Below are positions 62,736 to 64,000 of a stretch of DNA of 64,000 nt, piece by piece. The stretch lies in the NCBI RefSeq assembly GCF_004010195.1, contig NC_057720.1, forward strand, positions 31,538,831-31,602,830, in the 5' to 3' direction. This DNA comes from Chiloscyllium plagiosum. Lineage: Eukaryota. Position numbers and translations under genes: made by a program. Numbering within the stretch: the first letter of the stretch is position 1; the number at the start of each line of letters is the position of its first letter. The notes beneath the pieces were generated by a model, which was given only the letters and a program-made list of their open reading frames with translations, searched no databases and was not told the DNA's origin.

Positions 62736-64000
62736 GAATATCAGACTGAGCAATTTAACATGGCCAATCCACTTAACCTGCGCATGCTTGCACTGTGGGA
62801 GGAAATTCAGACCTTTGGACAAGTGCACGCTCCATGTGGTTGTCATTGGAATTGAACATGTCTCCAGTATTGAGGCAGCAGTGCTTGTGTAATTGGACAG
62901 TTGTAGACTTCTGCAAAAGGTAATTTTGATAGGAGTTGGATCAGTCTGCAAGATGTAGAATTGGTGATCTGTCTCCTGTGAATAATGAAAATTACTTCGT
63001 CTGCTCCTTTTTCTGTAGAACAGTGGTTGCAAGGAGGTAAGATGGTGTGGGTGCTGAAAATCCAACATGGTACATTTGGCATCAGTATCTGGTTGAAACT
63101 TTCAGATTGATATGCATGAATTGAAGTTTCACCTTGCTGGGTATATATGCTGGCATGTATTAAATCTGTTTAATATACACTATGAAATGTTAAGTGTGCA
63201 AGTTGATTTCATTGTGCGTCTGAGTACACCCCACATCTGTATGTGGGATTAAGTTGGGGCATTGAGTAAATGAGCTTTTGTGTTGGTTTGGGGTATTGTA
63301 ATTGTTAATGCTTAATTTTGGTGTTCAACTAGTAATGTTAGTGTAGTAGACCCAACAAAATTGGGAGTGATGTGTATTGGTTTTAGAAGTGATGTGGCTG
63401 AATACTGACTACCAAGTTAAAAACTAAGTGCTCTAACTCAACCCGCTGCTTTAAACCTGATCTAGTATTGTCGTGCTAGACCTCTTGCTAAATTAACTCT
63501 TTTGTTGTGATAGTGTTCAGTTCTCAAATTTTGATCATGTTCTGAAGGCCTGTTAAGTCCAAATTCATGGAGCATTAATCGTGATCTAAGTCTACCAGTT
63601 TATGGCTTTACCAAGGTGGATTCTGAATCTGTAGGTTGGGCCCCTAGTTTGTAACTGACTTGCTTGCAGCCCAGTTTCAGTGAAATTGTCAGTGATGCAA
63701 TCTGAGATTAATTTGTTTCAAATGGTATTTGAATTTCCTTAGTGCAGTTACAGCTTGGGCAGCAGTGCCCACTATACCAGCATGGATATTGATCTCCAAT
63801 TGTAATTTTGTGCTTTATTAAATTGGTTTTCCATAATTAAACTTTCAACTGGTTAAGTGTAAATATTAAAAATTTAGATTTCAATTAATTTTCTCCATTT
63901 CATTTTCTATTGGGCCTTCTAGATGTATACACTTTGAACCAAGTGGAAGAGTTGAAGTCTATATCCAGAGCATGCCATCTGAGGTGAGTAAATGTTTGTT

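Larger units (their letters stand above)
60422..63983 (+). ncRNA. Candidate 5'TOP snoRNA host gene (5' part; continues beyond the window)
   Basis: Putative exons 60422-60539 (donor GTGAGT), 60756-60871 (TTTTTCAG / GTCAGT, end uncertain), 63019-63036 (TTTTTCTGTAG / GTAAGA) and 63923-63983 (CCTTCTAG / GTGAGT); no recognisable protein; C/D snoRNA in intron 1. Confidence 0.55.

Noticed and set aside
63574..63712. ATTAATC...CTGA-GATTAAT bracket as a second C/D snoRNA
   Set aside because: C box (GTGATCT) has two mismatches and no guide was recognised; the 7-bp AT-rich stem could be chance.

Overview
Repeat-rich vertebrate genomic DNA. The repeat repertoire (CR1 LINEs, HE1-like SINEs, Penelope-like elements) suggests a cartilaginous fish, probably a shark; this is inference. 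Left to right: (1) the last four coding exons and 3' UTR of a kinesin-13 gene, most likely KIF2C by synteny; (2) a 5.2-kb internally deleted class I endogenous retrovirus (20891-26134) with both LTRs, a tRNA-Pro PBS and a 4-bp TSD, ending about 0.7 kb upstream of the next gene; (3) a complete six-exon RPS8 gene (208 aa) with a 5'TOP start and intronic SNORD46; (4) about 23 kb of nested transposon debris, including a young solo LTR; (5) from about 60.4 kb, the 5' end of an apparently non-coding TATA/5'TOP gene whose first intron holds a SNORD55(U55/U39)-like C/D snoRNA, which I cannot find in RPS8, its human host. Scattered throughout are short fold-back, TSD-flanked Penelope-LTR-derived elements carrying minimal hammerhead-ribozyme motifs. 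Repeat boundaries are approximate and everything was read by eye with no database search.
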